Positions 25,105-37,235 are shown, numbered from the stretch's first letter. The stretch: 64,000 nucleotides of DNA from Heptranchias perlo (GCF_035084215.1 NC_090333.1:69502001-69566000), one strand, 5' to 3'. Numbers and translations: made by a program. The notes: generated by a model not told the origin, from the letters alone.

Positions 25105-27655
25105 CATAAGAACATAACAAACAGGAGCGGGAGTAGGCCATACGGCCCCTCGAGCCTGCTCCGCCATTCAATAAAATCATGGCTGATGATCTACCCAACT
25201 GCACTTTCCTGCCCGATCCCCATGTCCCTCGATTCCCCTAGAGTCCAAAAATCTCTCGGCCTTCAATATACTCAACGACTCAGCATCCACAGCCCTCTGG
25301 GTAGAGAATTGCAAAGATTCACAACCCTCAGTGAAGAAATTCCTCATCAGTCTTAAATGGCCGACCCCTTATCCTGCGACTATGCCCCCTAGTTCTAGAC
25401 TCTCCAGCCAGGGGAAACAACCTCTCAGCCTCTGCCCGGTCAAGCCCCCTCAGAATCTTGTTTCAATGAGATCACCTCTCATTCTTCTAAACTCCAGAGA
25501 GTATAGGTCCATTCTACTCAATCTCTCCTCATAGGACAACCCTCTAATTCCAGGAAACAATTTAGTGAACCTTCATTGCACCCCCTCTAAGGCAAATATA
25601 TCCTTCCTTAGATAAGGAGACCAAAATTGTACACTGTACTCCAGGTACAGTCTCACCAAAGCCCTGTACAACTGTAGCAAGACTTCCTTGCTCTTGTACT
25701 CCAACCCCCTTGCAATAAAGGCCACCATGCTATCCGCCTTCATAAAGGGCAAAAGGGTAACTAGGGAGAGAGTAGGGCCTCTTAAGGATCAAGAAGGTCA
25801 TCTATGTGCGGAACCACAAGAGATGGGTGAGATCCTGAATGAATATTTCACATCGGTATTTACGGTTGAGAAAGGCATGGATGTTAGGGAACTTGGGGAA
25901 ATAAATAGTGATGTCTTGAGGAGTGTACATATTACAGAGAGGGAGGTGCTGGAAGTCTTAACGCGCATCAAGGTAGATAAATCTCCGGGACCTGATGAAA
26001 TGTATCCCAGGACGTTATGGGAGGTTAGGGAGGAAATTGCGGGTCCCCTAGCAGAGATATTTGAATCATCCACCGCTACAGGTGAGGTGCCTGAAGATTG
26101 GAGGGTAGCAAATGTTGTGCCTTTGTTTAAGAAGGGCGGCAGGGAAAAGCCTGGGAACTACAGACCAGTGAGCCTGACATCTGTAGTGGGTAAGTTGTTA
26201 GAGGGTATTCTGAGGGACAGGATCTACAGGCATTTGGAGAGGCAGGGACTAATTAGGAACAGTCAGCATGGTTTTGTGAGAGGAAAATCATGTCTCACGA
26301 ATTTGATTGAGTTTTTTGAAGGGGTAACCAAGAAGATAGATGAGGGCTGTGCAGTAGACGTGGTCTACATGGACTTCAGCAAAGCATTTGACAAGGTACC
26401 GCATGGTAGGTTGTTACATAAGGTTAAATCTCATGGGATCCAAGGTGAGGTAGCCAATTGGATACAAAATTGGCTTGACGACAGAAGACAGAGGGTGGTT
26501 GTCGAGGGTTGTTTTTCAAACTGGATGCCTGTGTCCAGCGGTGTGCCTCAGGGATCGGTGCTCGGTCCGCTGTTATTTGTTATTTATATTAATGATTTGG
26601 ATGAGAATTTAGGAGGCATGGTTAGTAAGTTTGCAGATGACACCAAGATTGGTGGCATTGTGGACAGTGAAGAAGGTTATCTAGGATTGCAACGGGATCT
26701 TGATAAATTGGGCCAGTGGGCCGATGAATGGCAGATGGAGTTTAATTTAGATAAATGTGAGGTGATGCATTTTGGTAGATCGAATCGGGCCAGGACCTAC
26801 TCCGTTAATGGTAGGGCGTTGGGGAGAGTTATAGAACAAAGAGATCTAGGAGTACAGATTCATAGCTCCTTGAAAGTGGAGTCACAGGTGGATAGGGTGG
26901 TGAAGAAGGCATTCAGCATGCTTGGTTTCATTGGTCAGAACATTGAATGCAGGAGTTGGGATGTCTTGTTGAAGTTGTACAGGGCATTGGTGAGGCCACA
27001 CTTGGAGTACTGTGTACAGTTCTGGTCACCCTATTATAGAAAGGATATTATTAAACTAGAAAGAGTGCAGAAAAGATTTACTAGGATGCTACCGGGACTT
27101 GATGGTTTGACTTACAGGGAGAGGTTAGACAGACTGGGACTTTATTCCCTGGAGAGTAGGAGGTTAAGGGGTGATCTTATAGAAGTCTATAAAATAATGA
27201 GGGGCATAGATAAGGTCGATAGTCAAAATCTTTTCCCAAAGGTAGGGGAGTCTATAACGAGGGGGCACAGATTTAAGGTGAGAGGGGAGAGATACAAAAG
27301 GATCCAGAGGGGCAATTTTTTCACTCAAAGGGTGGTGAGTGTCTGGAACGAGCTGCCAGAGGCAGTAGTAGAGGCGGGTACAATTTTGTCTTTTAAAAAG
27401 CATTTGGACAGTTACATGGGGAAGATGGGTATCGAGGGATATGGGCCAAGTGCAGGCAATTGGGACTAGCTTAGTGGTATAAACTGGGCGACATGGACAT
27501 GTTGGGCCGAAGGGCCTGTTTCCATGTTGTAACTTCTATGATTCTATAATTGCTTGCTGTACCTGCATGCTAACTTTGTTTCTTGTATGAGGACACCCAA
27601 GTCTCTGAACATTTAATAGTTTCTCACCATTTAAAAAATATTCTGCTTTCCTGCA
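25105..27655 (-). mobile_element. Older CR1 3' end (25105-25741 and 27550-27655), split by a younger CR1
   Basis: Tail cataagaacataa...ggagtaggcc at ~25106. The antisense ORF2 C-terminus resumes after the insertion (gccttc-ataa / ataa-ttgcttgctgtacctgc). Confidence 0.88.
25742..27547 (+). mobile_element. Young 5'-truncated CR1 LINE with an uninterrupted RT reading frame
   Basis: Open frame to the stop at 27469: SPGPD, NYRPVSL, QHGF, YMDFSKAFDKV, PQGSVLGP, FADD, RPHLEY. The first ~18 aa of the called 593-aa ORF come from the flanking antisense CR1. Confidence 0.96.
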
Positions 27656-27742
27656 ATTTATAATTTATAAAAATAAGGCTTACTATTTTTTTTAAAATCC
27701 ACCAATGTTGCAACTTAATACAAAGCATCACGACAAAAAAAA

Positions 27743-27863
27743 CATGATGTGGAGATGCCGGTGATGGACTGGGGTGGACAAATGTAAGGAGTCTTACAAC
27801 ACCAGGTTATAGTCCAACAGCTTTATTGGAATCACAAGCTTTCGGAGCTTTCCTCCTTCATCA
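27743..27863 (-). mobile_element. Short Penelope pLTR-derived insertion with a 5'-clipped hammerhead motif
   Basis: The minus strand reads TGATGA-A-GGAG-GAAAG-CTCC-GAAAGCTT-GTGA...ccatcaccggcatctccacatcatg, homologous to 22014-22134. Confidence 0.88.
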
Positions 27864-27869
27864 ACAGTA

Positions 27870-28400
27870 GCTCAACCATACAGACCCTTAAGTGCCAGAT
27901 TCAATCCTTAGTCTAGGCTGAGTTAGCTGATCTTAGTCAGGGCAGTGGTAGGAGTGCTGCAATTGATCAGGGCAACTCTGGATTAAGAGGAAAAACAACT
28001 TACATTTATATCGCGTCTTTAATGTACAAAAAGATCCCAAGACATTTCAGAGTCAAAAATGGTCACCGAGCCAAAGGAGTAGATATTCGGAGGGGCGACC
28101 AAAAGCTTGGTCAAACTGGTGGGTCTTAAAAGGAGGAAAGAGCGGGAATTTCAGAGCAATAGGCCTAGATAGCTGCCAATGGTGGGGCAAAGGAAGGGGG
28201 CACACAAGAGGCCAGAAAGGAAAAAGGCCTGGAGTTCAACTGTCATCCATCAAATCCTACTTTAAATGTGTGGATGTTGGTTGAGGATCAGGCTCAGGCT
28301 CAACAGTGATGCTCCTCACAATCAAACAGCTTCCCAACACTGTCTGGGGCCCAAACATGACGAAAGGGCAAGGTAATGGACAGCAGCCAGGACTCATGGA
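27870..28400 (+). mobile_element. Second SINE-like family (family B), interrupted by an L2 tail (27995-28215, -)
   Basis: Motifs ctgagttagctgatct...caattg and gaggatcaggctc...gtgatgc recur at ~22740-23000, 38000-38290 (-), 49330-49510 (-), 49960-50090 (-) and 56500-56790. Confidence 0.55.
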
Positions 28401-29053
28401 ATCTTACTTCAATAAGCCACCTTCAGGAAGAAGTAAAACATTCACAGACTTTTAAAAACTTGGCTTTACACCAGGTTGCAGTTATACTATTAACTTTTTT
28501 CTGAACAAAACTCTCACATTGGATAGATAGCTTGGTTGAAACCAAGGTGGTTATTAATGGAAGTGAATCATCCTGGGCCCTAGTCACAAGAGGAGTACCA
28601 CAAGATACCATTGCAACTATTATTCATCATTTTAATTAGAGTCACATCAGGACAGAAGGAGGACAGACTTGCATTTTGAGCTCTCACAACCTCAGGACAT
28701 CCCACAGCCAATGAAGTACTTTTGATGTGCAGTCACTTTCAATGTAGGAAACAAGGCAGTCAATTTGTACACAGCAAGGCCAAACAGCAATTAGATAAAT
28801 GGCCAGATAATCTGTTTTAGTGATGTTTGTGAGGGATAAACGTTGGCCAGGACACCGGGATAACTCCCAAGCTCTTCTTCGAATACTGCCATGGGATCTT
28901 TTATCTCGAACCAAGAGGACAGGCAGGGTGTCAGTTTAACCTCTCATCCGAAAGACTGCACCTCCGACAATGCAGCACTCAGTGCTGCACTGAAGTGTTA
29001 GTCTAGATTATGTGCTCAAATCTCTGGAGTGAGGCTTGAAGCCATGACCTTCT

Positions 29054-29184
29054 CACACCACCTGAGGAAGGGGAAAGCCCCCGAAAGCTTGTGGGATTAA
29101 AAATAAAATTGTTGGACTATAACTTGGTGTTGTAAAATTGTTTACAATTGTCAACCCCAGTCCATCACTGGCATCTCCACATCA
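29054..29184 (+). mobile_element. 131-nt Penelope pLTR-derived insertion with a 5-bp TSD
   Basis: Homologous to 22005-22134. CTTCT is duplicated at 29049-29053 and 29185-29189. Confidence 0.88.
29058..29094 (+). ncRNA. Minimal type I hammerhead ribozyme motif with an intact core
   Basis: CCAC-CTGAGGA-A-GGGG-AAAGC-CCCC-GAAAGCTT-GTGG: stem I CCAC/GTGG, core CUGAnGA...GAAA, stem II GGGG/CCCC, palindromic helix III AGCT. Confidence 0.75.
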
Positions 29185-30554
29185 CTTCTGACTCAGAGTG
29201 GAGTATACTACAACAGAGCCACAGCTGAGAAAAATCTATAGATGCAGGCTGACAGACAAGTTAGGGGAAATCAGCCTGTGTAGAAGTTGTGGACAAATGC
29301 AGGTCATGCAATTGGGGTTAGGAAACTCCAGGCATGTTTATACCATGTAGGCTTACCTGTTCAGGTAAGAGATCAGGAAAAAGTCCTGAGAAGGAATAAC
29401 TAATCATTCAATGAATCTTTTAGATCATCTCAGTGCAATTTTTAAGCTGGGAAGAGACTCGTATGGAATAGAGACCTGTTGGGCTGAATGGCATGTGTCT
29501 GTGCTGTATAATTCTATGGAACTTAGGAGTAGCTTTTTATTGAGGGACACCAATTCCAAAACTTGTGTTTTAAGTGGCATTTGAAAGTGTACATATTACA
29601 TCACACCCCATCCATCCCACAATTTCAAGGGGATAAATAATTTTCTTGTTCCTTTTCAGTATCAGTTCAAGCACCAAAAAATCTAATCTCCACCTAGCAC
29701 TTAACTAATGCTCTTAAGGGATTTCATTTGTCTTCAATCTCATGCAGACACACTAAAACAACAGCTTTACTCCTTCACTGCAGGTGGTTTAAGTGGACGA
29801 TGAACTCGAATTCTGAGCAAGGATTAATGCTTTAGGATTCTCTAATGGTCGCACGCAGTACACCTGGGACTTTGCCTTTTGAAAACAGCTGTCACCTGTA
29901 CAGAAATCATCTGTTGCATAACTACCCGGGGACTTTTACAAAACCTTGGCTTACAACGTGGCCTTGCTCTCGCGCACTGCTCAGGGTCAAAATAAGCAGA
30001 TTACGTAATAGTAATCTGTCGGAAAACCACATTCCCTCACTATACTAAGAGACTCATTAAATGCACACAGGCAGTATTCCATGCTCATTTTTTCAAACAT
30101 TTTTGGCATCGCAGAGCAGAACGGGGTTCAAAGACCCCATCCTTTCCCCACCCTTCTCAAGATCTTTGAGTGGCATCCATGCCAACATAGAAAACAAGCA
30201 AAAGGTGTCCAACAGCTTCAAACATAAACAGCCCTGAATATAAGCAGATGACGTGTGACAGCAATGCATTGCACTGAAAGTGCAGCGGGACCTGGATTTG
30301 TAACCCAATATTTCATTTATTCTTATTGGAGGAAATAAAAAAAAGTACATGAGAGCCTGAATGATGAGATAGCAATCTCTTCTGCCAGTGGTAATAATCT
30401 GAAGTGGAATGAACTGAGGCAGTATCAACTTGGTTTTTCTTATGCATCAGCCCACAGCACAAAGCTGCCAATGATGGGAATAAATTCACAATATGTTCAC
30501 AATTTCACTCATACCATATACAAACCAAACCGTACTCTGTGCCTGGCCTATATG

Positions 30555-30715
30555 CTATAGAATCATATCTCCTTTCGGCCCATCGTGTCTGTGCCAGCTC
30601 TTTGAAAGAGCTATCCAATTAGTCCCACTCCCCTACTCTTCCCCCATAGCCCTGCAAATATTTCCTTTTCAAGTATATATCCAACTCCCTTTGGAAAGTT
30701 ACTATTGAATCTGGT
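30555..30715 (-). mobile_element. CR1 3' tail fragment
   Basis: Reverse complement of the tail at 22570-22730 and 42215-42375. Confidence 0.75.
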
Positions 30716-30894
30716 TGATGCTAGGTGACTGAAGTGGAAATATACTCTTGTCCCTCACACTGTCGCCCCTTACTTCAAAGGGAGAAAATTTCACCTTCAG
30801 TCCAGTTATTCTCCATGCGCAATACCACTATAGATTTGGATGCTGGGAAGTACTCTACAGGAAGCTCCTAGCCTTTTTAATGGCTTTCCCTCCA

Positions 30895-31025
30895 CTCACT
30901 TCTCCTCCTCCTCCTCTCCTTCCCTCCCCGACCAAACTCACCCCTCCCCACCAAACTCACCCCTCCCCCCCACCCCGCCCCGTAAACTCACCCTTCCTCT
31001 CCCACCGCCCCCCCCCCCCCCCATC
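30895..31025. repeat. C-rich low-complexity tract with three AAACTCACCC units
   Basis: Read directly; the G-runs lie on the minus strand. Confidence 0.8.
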
Positions 31026-32699
31026 CAACATTGCCGCTATCCACCAGTTGGGCACACCTGATCACCACTTACTGCCTGCTCTTAACTAACCTCACTATGT
31101 GGAAAATAGTGGGTGGAAAACCATTCTCCTACACACCAACTACCTCTGACCCCTCAATATTTCATTAGAAAACCCTCATTACATGAACCCTATTCATTGG
31201 AACAGTCTATCCAGGTCAAAAACTTGACCCTGCATAATCAGGGCAAGGCTTCTTAACCTCCTAGTCTGATTTAAAACGTGTATGGTTGTAATTCCACTTT
31301 AACTGATGTTTGGCTGGGGCACCAATCAAGACAGCAAACATGAGCAGTAAAGATACAATAGGGTTGGGAAGTGACTATGGGAAAAACATGCCAATGCAGT
31401 CAAGTAAACTGCATCTCCCATGTACTTATACATAACCAGCATGACAGTGTCTCAGTACAGTTCTCATGAACCAGGGACCATGAGAAAAGCACAAATCCTC
31501 TGTATATGATTTCACTGCAAAGTGCATCAACTTGTAGAAAGAACAGCTACACAGCTGAGTTAAGTTAACCAGCTGTCACCTACATTGCTGATTATCATTC
31601 AATTGGAGTTTCTCACGGGTTTAGATATTTCTCTCTGGCCTTGCTGAATTTCCACAGTACATATTTCAGCATACCTGCTCCTCCAGACCTCCGAAGAAAT
31701 TTGCGGCAATGAATATTTGAAATGGTGCTGAGAATAGAACCCATCGTAATCATTCCAACAACATTTTGGAAGAGTGGGATAATGAGGTTGTATTAAAAGA
31801 AATTTTGAAAGAGTCATAAAATGCCCATTGTAAGAGGTTCACATTAAAGCTGTTAGTGGTAGCCATAAAAGTGCTCCCTCTCTGATCTGCACTAGTTCTA
31901 TTCAGTATGAAGCACACCTCCCAACAACTTTCAATCCTATATGAACATCAAGTTATGTCCAAGACTTCAGTACTGTTCAAGAATCTAAAAAGAGGTTCTC
32001 CTAACAGAGAAAAGGTCATCAGCTAGATGATGCTTCTCATCGCTAGCCTCCAGCCATTTTTGCATCAATACTGTTAGGGTCATTGCTCCACTAAACGTTC
32101 CACTCTTTCTTCAAAACTCCAGGTACATCATCCTGCACTTTTGTCTTTCCTCACTGTTAAAAGCTCGAGACTGATCACACCATCTCAACTTAAATTCGTA
32201 CCTCAAAACTGTTTGACTGCAGGAAGGAGAGGAGTCCAAGATTTTTTTAAAATATAAAAAGCTAAGCTTGGCATTACCTAATCAGTGCTCGATTTACCCA
32301 GTCTTTTCTCCTGCTCTTTTCAACCTTGGCCATATCCTGCATTACAGGTCTTGGCTGTTCGTCTAAGTTTCCTGATTTAAAAAAAGTATTTTACAACAGT
32401 GGTCCCACAGAGCAGCAGAGGGTCAGAAAGCTGCTTTTCCTGACAATTGCTGGCATATTTTAAATACATTGACAAAATGGTTTAACAAGTCAAAATATGA
32501 TGAGGTCAGCTTCATCACATTCTCCAACACATGTGGAGACTCGACTGTTTATTTTTTATTAAAATCTAGCTGGAGTACAATAATTTCAAATGAAATATTC
32601 TAGAGAAACTAAAGACACTACAGTAGGAGAAATATCGATCAAGCCACTGATATGGATATCTGAATATTAAATTCTTCAATTACCTTAAAATATGCACAA

Positions 32700-33295
32700 A
32701 AAGCAAAAACAGCATGCAGTTTATATAGTGCCTTTCGTCAAGCTCAGGAAATAAAAACAGAAAATACATGAAAACGCTCAGCAAGTCAGGCAGCATCTGT
32801 GGAAAGAATGTTTCAGGTCTGATGACCCTATCCTGCTCTCCACAGATACTGCCTGACCTGCTGGGTGTTTCCAGCATTTTCTACTTTATTTCAGCTTTCC
32901 AGCGGTAATTTGGAAGTACTTTTGAAGTGTAGGCACCATTCCAGAGGCATATGCTGCAGCCAATTTGCACACAGCAAGGTCTCTCAAACAGCAATGAGAT
33001 AAGTGACTAGTTAATCTGTTTTGGCTGTGTTGGTTGAGGGATAAATGTTGGTCAGGACACAGAACTTCTCTGCTCCTCTTCAATTGGTGCCATGGAATCT
33101 TTTACATCCACCTGCACAGGCAAAAGATAATTCACGTTTAATGTCTCACCTGAAAAACAGCACCTCAGACAGTGCAGCACTCCCTCAGTACTGTAGAAGT
33201 GTCAGCTTAGATAACATGCTCAAGTCCTGGAATGGAACTTGAGCCTGCAACCTGCTGACTCAGAAGCAAGAGTGCTTTCACCAAGCCGAGCTAAC
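32700..33295 (-). mobile_element. SacSINE1-type SINE, interrupted by a hairpin element
   Basis: Antisense tail, Deu domain and tRNA head. Insertion at ~32749-32905. Confidence 0.82.
32749..32905. mobile_element. Small fold-back (MITE-like) element
   Basis: Imperfect ~55-bp inverted arms at 32749-32803 and 32839-32891. Decayed relatives at ~53095-53250 and ~62605-62715. Confidence 0.75.
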
Positions 33296-34375
33296 ACCAT
33301 CATTTAAAGCATGAAGGAGGGGACTTTGTATGGTGAAACAGTTAGATTTCCCACTGAAAATTTCCAAAGCCTTAGGCTTGCTCATTTTCTCCCCCACAAT
33401 TAATATTTACAATTACATTCAAAATCACTAAAAATGTATTCAACTGCAATTGAGCCTTCTCAAATTTCTCCAAGGCCCACGGCAGCCTGTCACACGTTGA
33501 GACATCCAGATGACGACTAACATTTCCCAAGATGTTTCAAATTGTCTCCAATATAAATACTATTATGTGACTCAGAAGCCACCTTTAGTTTAATTGAATT
33601 CATGTTGAAGATGTTCAACTAATAGAGTTTAGAGACTGAACTCTGCAAGTCACTGTGCAACCAGCTGGATGTCTGCCCATTGCCATTAAGTTTGTTCTTT
33701 CTGGCTCTCGCTGTCCTGCTCAAACTCCAATTCTGCTCTTTAGGGAAATTGGGCAATTCCTAAAGGAGGAAATTGTAACTGCCTGGTACAAGGTGGAGCG
33801 TCTCGCTCTCTTCTTGCATTGGGAAGCTTTTAAAGGTAGGTTAAATTTCTAGGAACAGTGTGTCTTAAAAATTCTGTTCGACTGGTGAAATATGATTGAA
33901 CTGTAACAGATTGCGATCTGACAATCCGACAATCCATGAACTTCTGTATTGTTTCATTTTTTTTTTCTTCCGAGCGAGAACTAAATTGAAAAGGTATGAG
34001 AATAACACCACGGTACTGCTCAGGTCTCTGCACATACTTTACAAAAGTGTTAAGTATCTTGCAGGATTTTTTCCAATAGGCCACAATGTACCTTCCACAG
34101 TCAACGCAAGAACTGTTCTTACCATAAGATGTATAATCTTATGCTGGACAAATAAAAACTGGTATATCTCGGTAATATCTAGTTTACACAAATTCCTAAT
34201 CGCAGGATAAGAGTTTTGAGTTTGTTTTGCCAGCGTACGAGTTTACAATTCCCATTAAGCAAACAAAAAATGCTCATGGCTTCCTTAATAGTAGGGGCAT
34301 TACACTGCTGGCATTTTGCAGACTTCAGTTTTTGGGCACAGGTCTTCCTAGCTGTTGGAGGGAAGTCAGTACAGC

Positions 34376-35242
34376 TGAGCAGGCTCAGGACGTCCCGTCC
34401 AGCTGGACCGTTCCACTCCCCCCCCATCCATCCCAGGTGAAGAAGTTCCTGGGGAGGAACTCCTTCGACCACAAGGCCATCAGACAGTGATCGACACAAA
34501 ACGTTCCAGAAGTCCTGCAAGGAACGGAGAGGGTGGACTCGATCGGTTTCTTCGCCGACTAGACGGTCAATACTATTTGGCGGAACATCTTGTCGCTGGA
34601 ATTAACAAACAGGCACCAGGATGTAACCAGGAGAGGCCCTCCCAGTGCGGGTCCTTCCAACGCGCACAGAACCTCAGCGCCACCGCGAGCTGCCCTCGGG
34701 GAGGAGACCGTCTTCCACCTCCTGATGGGCTGCCCCTTTGCGCAGAGGGTGTGGAGAGAGATGCGTCGGTATCTGTCCCAGTTCATCCCAAACAGTTCGG
34801 TAACACAGGACGCTGTGCCCTACGGACTGTTCCCCAGGAAGCACACAGACAGATATCACCTGTTGATGGTCTTCCAGCCACTCAGTGAAGGAGGCCCTTT
34901 GGTCCACCCGAAACCTGCTGGTCTTCCAATTGAAGGAGCTGTCCACGACCGAGCGTTGCCGACTGGCACACTCAAAGGTCAAGGAGTACATGCTGAAGAG
35001 GTGCGGTCTCGCAAAGGCTCTATGGGGAAAGGCCACCGTGTAAAGCCACCCCACCCTGTATTGTACAGAATATATTAGAAAATATATACTATGTTTTAAA
35101 AATTGTAATACGATCAGAATATACAATCTGTACTGCATTGCTTTGAACTGCTGTGCTGCATTTTGTGCCTTTTATTTGAACTGTGTGTAGACTGCATGTA
35201 TCTTTAAATATTATGGAATAAAGTATATTTTGAAATAAAAAA
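34376..35242 (+). mobile_element. L1/Tx1-clade LINE 3' end with poly(A) and a 13-bp TSD
   Basis: Frameshifted C-terminal zinc finger (SCPRG / ETVFHLLMGCPFAQRVW), AATAAA and an A-tail at 35216-35244. TSD AAGTCAGTACAGC at 34363-34375 and 35243-35255. Confidence 0.88.
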
Positions 35243-36789
35243 AAGTCAGTACAGCCCAGCAATGGACTTTTACCATTGCTGCCTTTAGAACGGTGTACCA
35301 ACAGCTCAGGTGGTGTCAGCAGCAGCAAACGTTCACCGTCGTTGCCAAGGGCATTTTACTAGCAGATGTAGAATGACATCTTCACACTCGTGCCACGTTG
35401 TTTGCATTGTCGGAGCCAACCTTGGTGGAGGAGCATCTGTAGACACCTGGGAACGGGTGACGGCAACAATCCCGAGGAAGTTAGAGAACAGTACACACCT
35501 TGACAAGGGAGAAAGTAGACGCACAGAACCGGGAAACAAAAGGGTGAGGAAAATGGTGATGCTCCTAATGGACTAAACACAACACGTACAGGTTAGTACC
35601 TCGGCTTAATGATTCACACACCTCAAAAAATGGACAATTTGATTTTTTTTTAAACTGTCCTGCTAAATTCAGAGTCCTCAATCTCAAATCATTCACATTA
35701 TAAATCGGTCTAATAGTGAAGTATAGAACTTCCATGCACACAACAGAAAATGGACTAATTTCAAAATTACACAATTGAAATAAATAATTCTTGTACACTG
35801 CATTTTGAAATCTCATTTGAAAGCTCCCAAGATGCACTTATTTCAAGTTAGGATTTTTTTTTAAAAAGTATTACATAACGGGCTGGTAGAATCTGGGTCT
35901 GGTCCTGCATCTCTCCAAGTTGCCGAGTTCTCAATCACTGTCAAATTGCTGAACAGAGGCTACACACATTCCCTCAGGGAGGAAGGGAGAATGAGAGAGA
36001 GATTCCTGAGCTGCTTATGCACACCTTCTAGCCGTTGAGTTCACAGCAGTGTTAGCAGAAGCCTGGGAGAAGAGTCATCTGCCAGCTGGATCAGTAATGA
36101 ATGCCATGTGGCACTCGATTGTGGAAAAGGGAGAAGATAGGTTTACAAAAGTGCTCTCAATAAAATACAAAGGGCTCCTGATACCAAGGCTCACTTCTAA
36201 AGGCAAAAATCCAGACCAACCTTTTATTTTGCACCATAAAAGTAAGTTTTTAAAAAAAAGACATTTACGTAATAGGCAAACTTTTTAAAAAGACAGAGGG
36301 AAAGGCAGTCAACAGCAGTTTAATAGTGAAGGGTCACAAATACAAGCATGTTCCTAAAACAACTTAAAAGATTGGAGAAGCAGAGCCCTAGTTTGAAGGG
36401 AATGATATTGCATCAGATTTTACTGGTAGAAATAACGTAGGGCACGAATCAGGACAAGCTCCCAGCAGGTCTGTCACAGTTTGTAAAGAGCACCACCCGC
36501 AGTCTGGAGAAAGAAGTGCATTCCCTGTCAAGGAAAGATGGTCTGTGGACAGCTCAAGGACAGTGACTTGTGGCCATTTGAAGGCCAATGGAATAATAGA
36601 TTGAAGTTAACCAAAATATTTAATTTGCAGTTACCAATCATGCAACAGATCTCACAAAACACACAGTATTACATTCAGAACAATGCGTTACTGTCTTTAA
36701 TGAGTGCAGCAAAACCATAGTTCACGAGTACTATGCCCACATTTTCACTATTAGGCTTCGCTGCAATATTAAAAAAATCCACTATTGCT

Positions 36790-37235
36790 AAACCACTCGT
36801 GTGCAGGAAGGCTTTGTAAAACACACAGTGCCAAGCAGGAGAGAAAATGGGGAGAAAAGAGAGAAAAGCTGGAAGGGGAGGGGGTGAAAGGAGAAAGAAA
36901 AATGAGGCCCAAGTCATGGTCGAAGCAGTGAGTTTTGAGGAGATTCCTAAAAGCAGCATTGGCGGTGGCGAGGGGGAGAGCTGGGCAGGCGGTTCCAGAG
37001 GGCAGGAGTGCAGTGACTGAACAAATGCCCATCAAATGGTAGAGCAGAGAAAGCAACTCCAAGCCCATTGGTAGAAGAGGAGGATATGGACACGGAGATG
37101 AGACAGAAGGGAATGACCAATGTAGTGTGGGCAAGGCCACAGGAGGAACAGGAGTAGGCCATTCAGCCCTCGAACCTTTTCAGTTAGTTCGTGGCTGATC
37201 TGTATCTGAACTCCATTTACCCGCCTTTGATCCAC
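36790..37235 (-). mobile_element. L2 3' fragment followed by a short CR1 tail (37140-37235)
   Basis: Antisense L2-type PALWNRLP...FRNLLKTHCF; CR1 tail ggaacaggagtaggccattcagccc. Confidence 0.7.

Larger units (their letters stand above)
28664..29227 (-). mobile_element. SacSINE1-type SINE with a Penelope mini-insertion in its tRNA head
   Basis: Full SINE in antisense (tail, Deu domain, B box, A box), interrupted at 29054-29184. Confidence 0.85.

Noticed and set aside
25688-27469. 593-aa ORF as a host or domesticated RT gene
   Set aside because: It starts at a non-ATG codon in flanking antisense CR1 sequence, is 5'-truncated, ends in a standard CR1 tail and has a near-identical partial copy at 9007. 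It is an ordinary young insertion.
35310-35580. Overlapping short ORFs and acceptor-like pyrimidine tracts
   Set aside because: No consistent acceptor-donor pair or recognisable protein motif.
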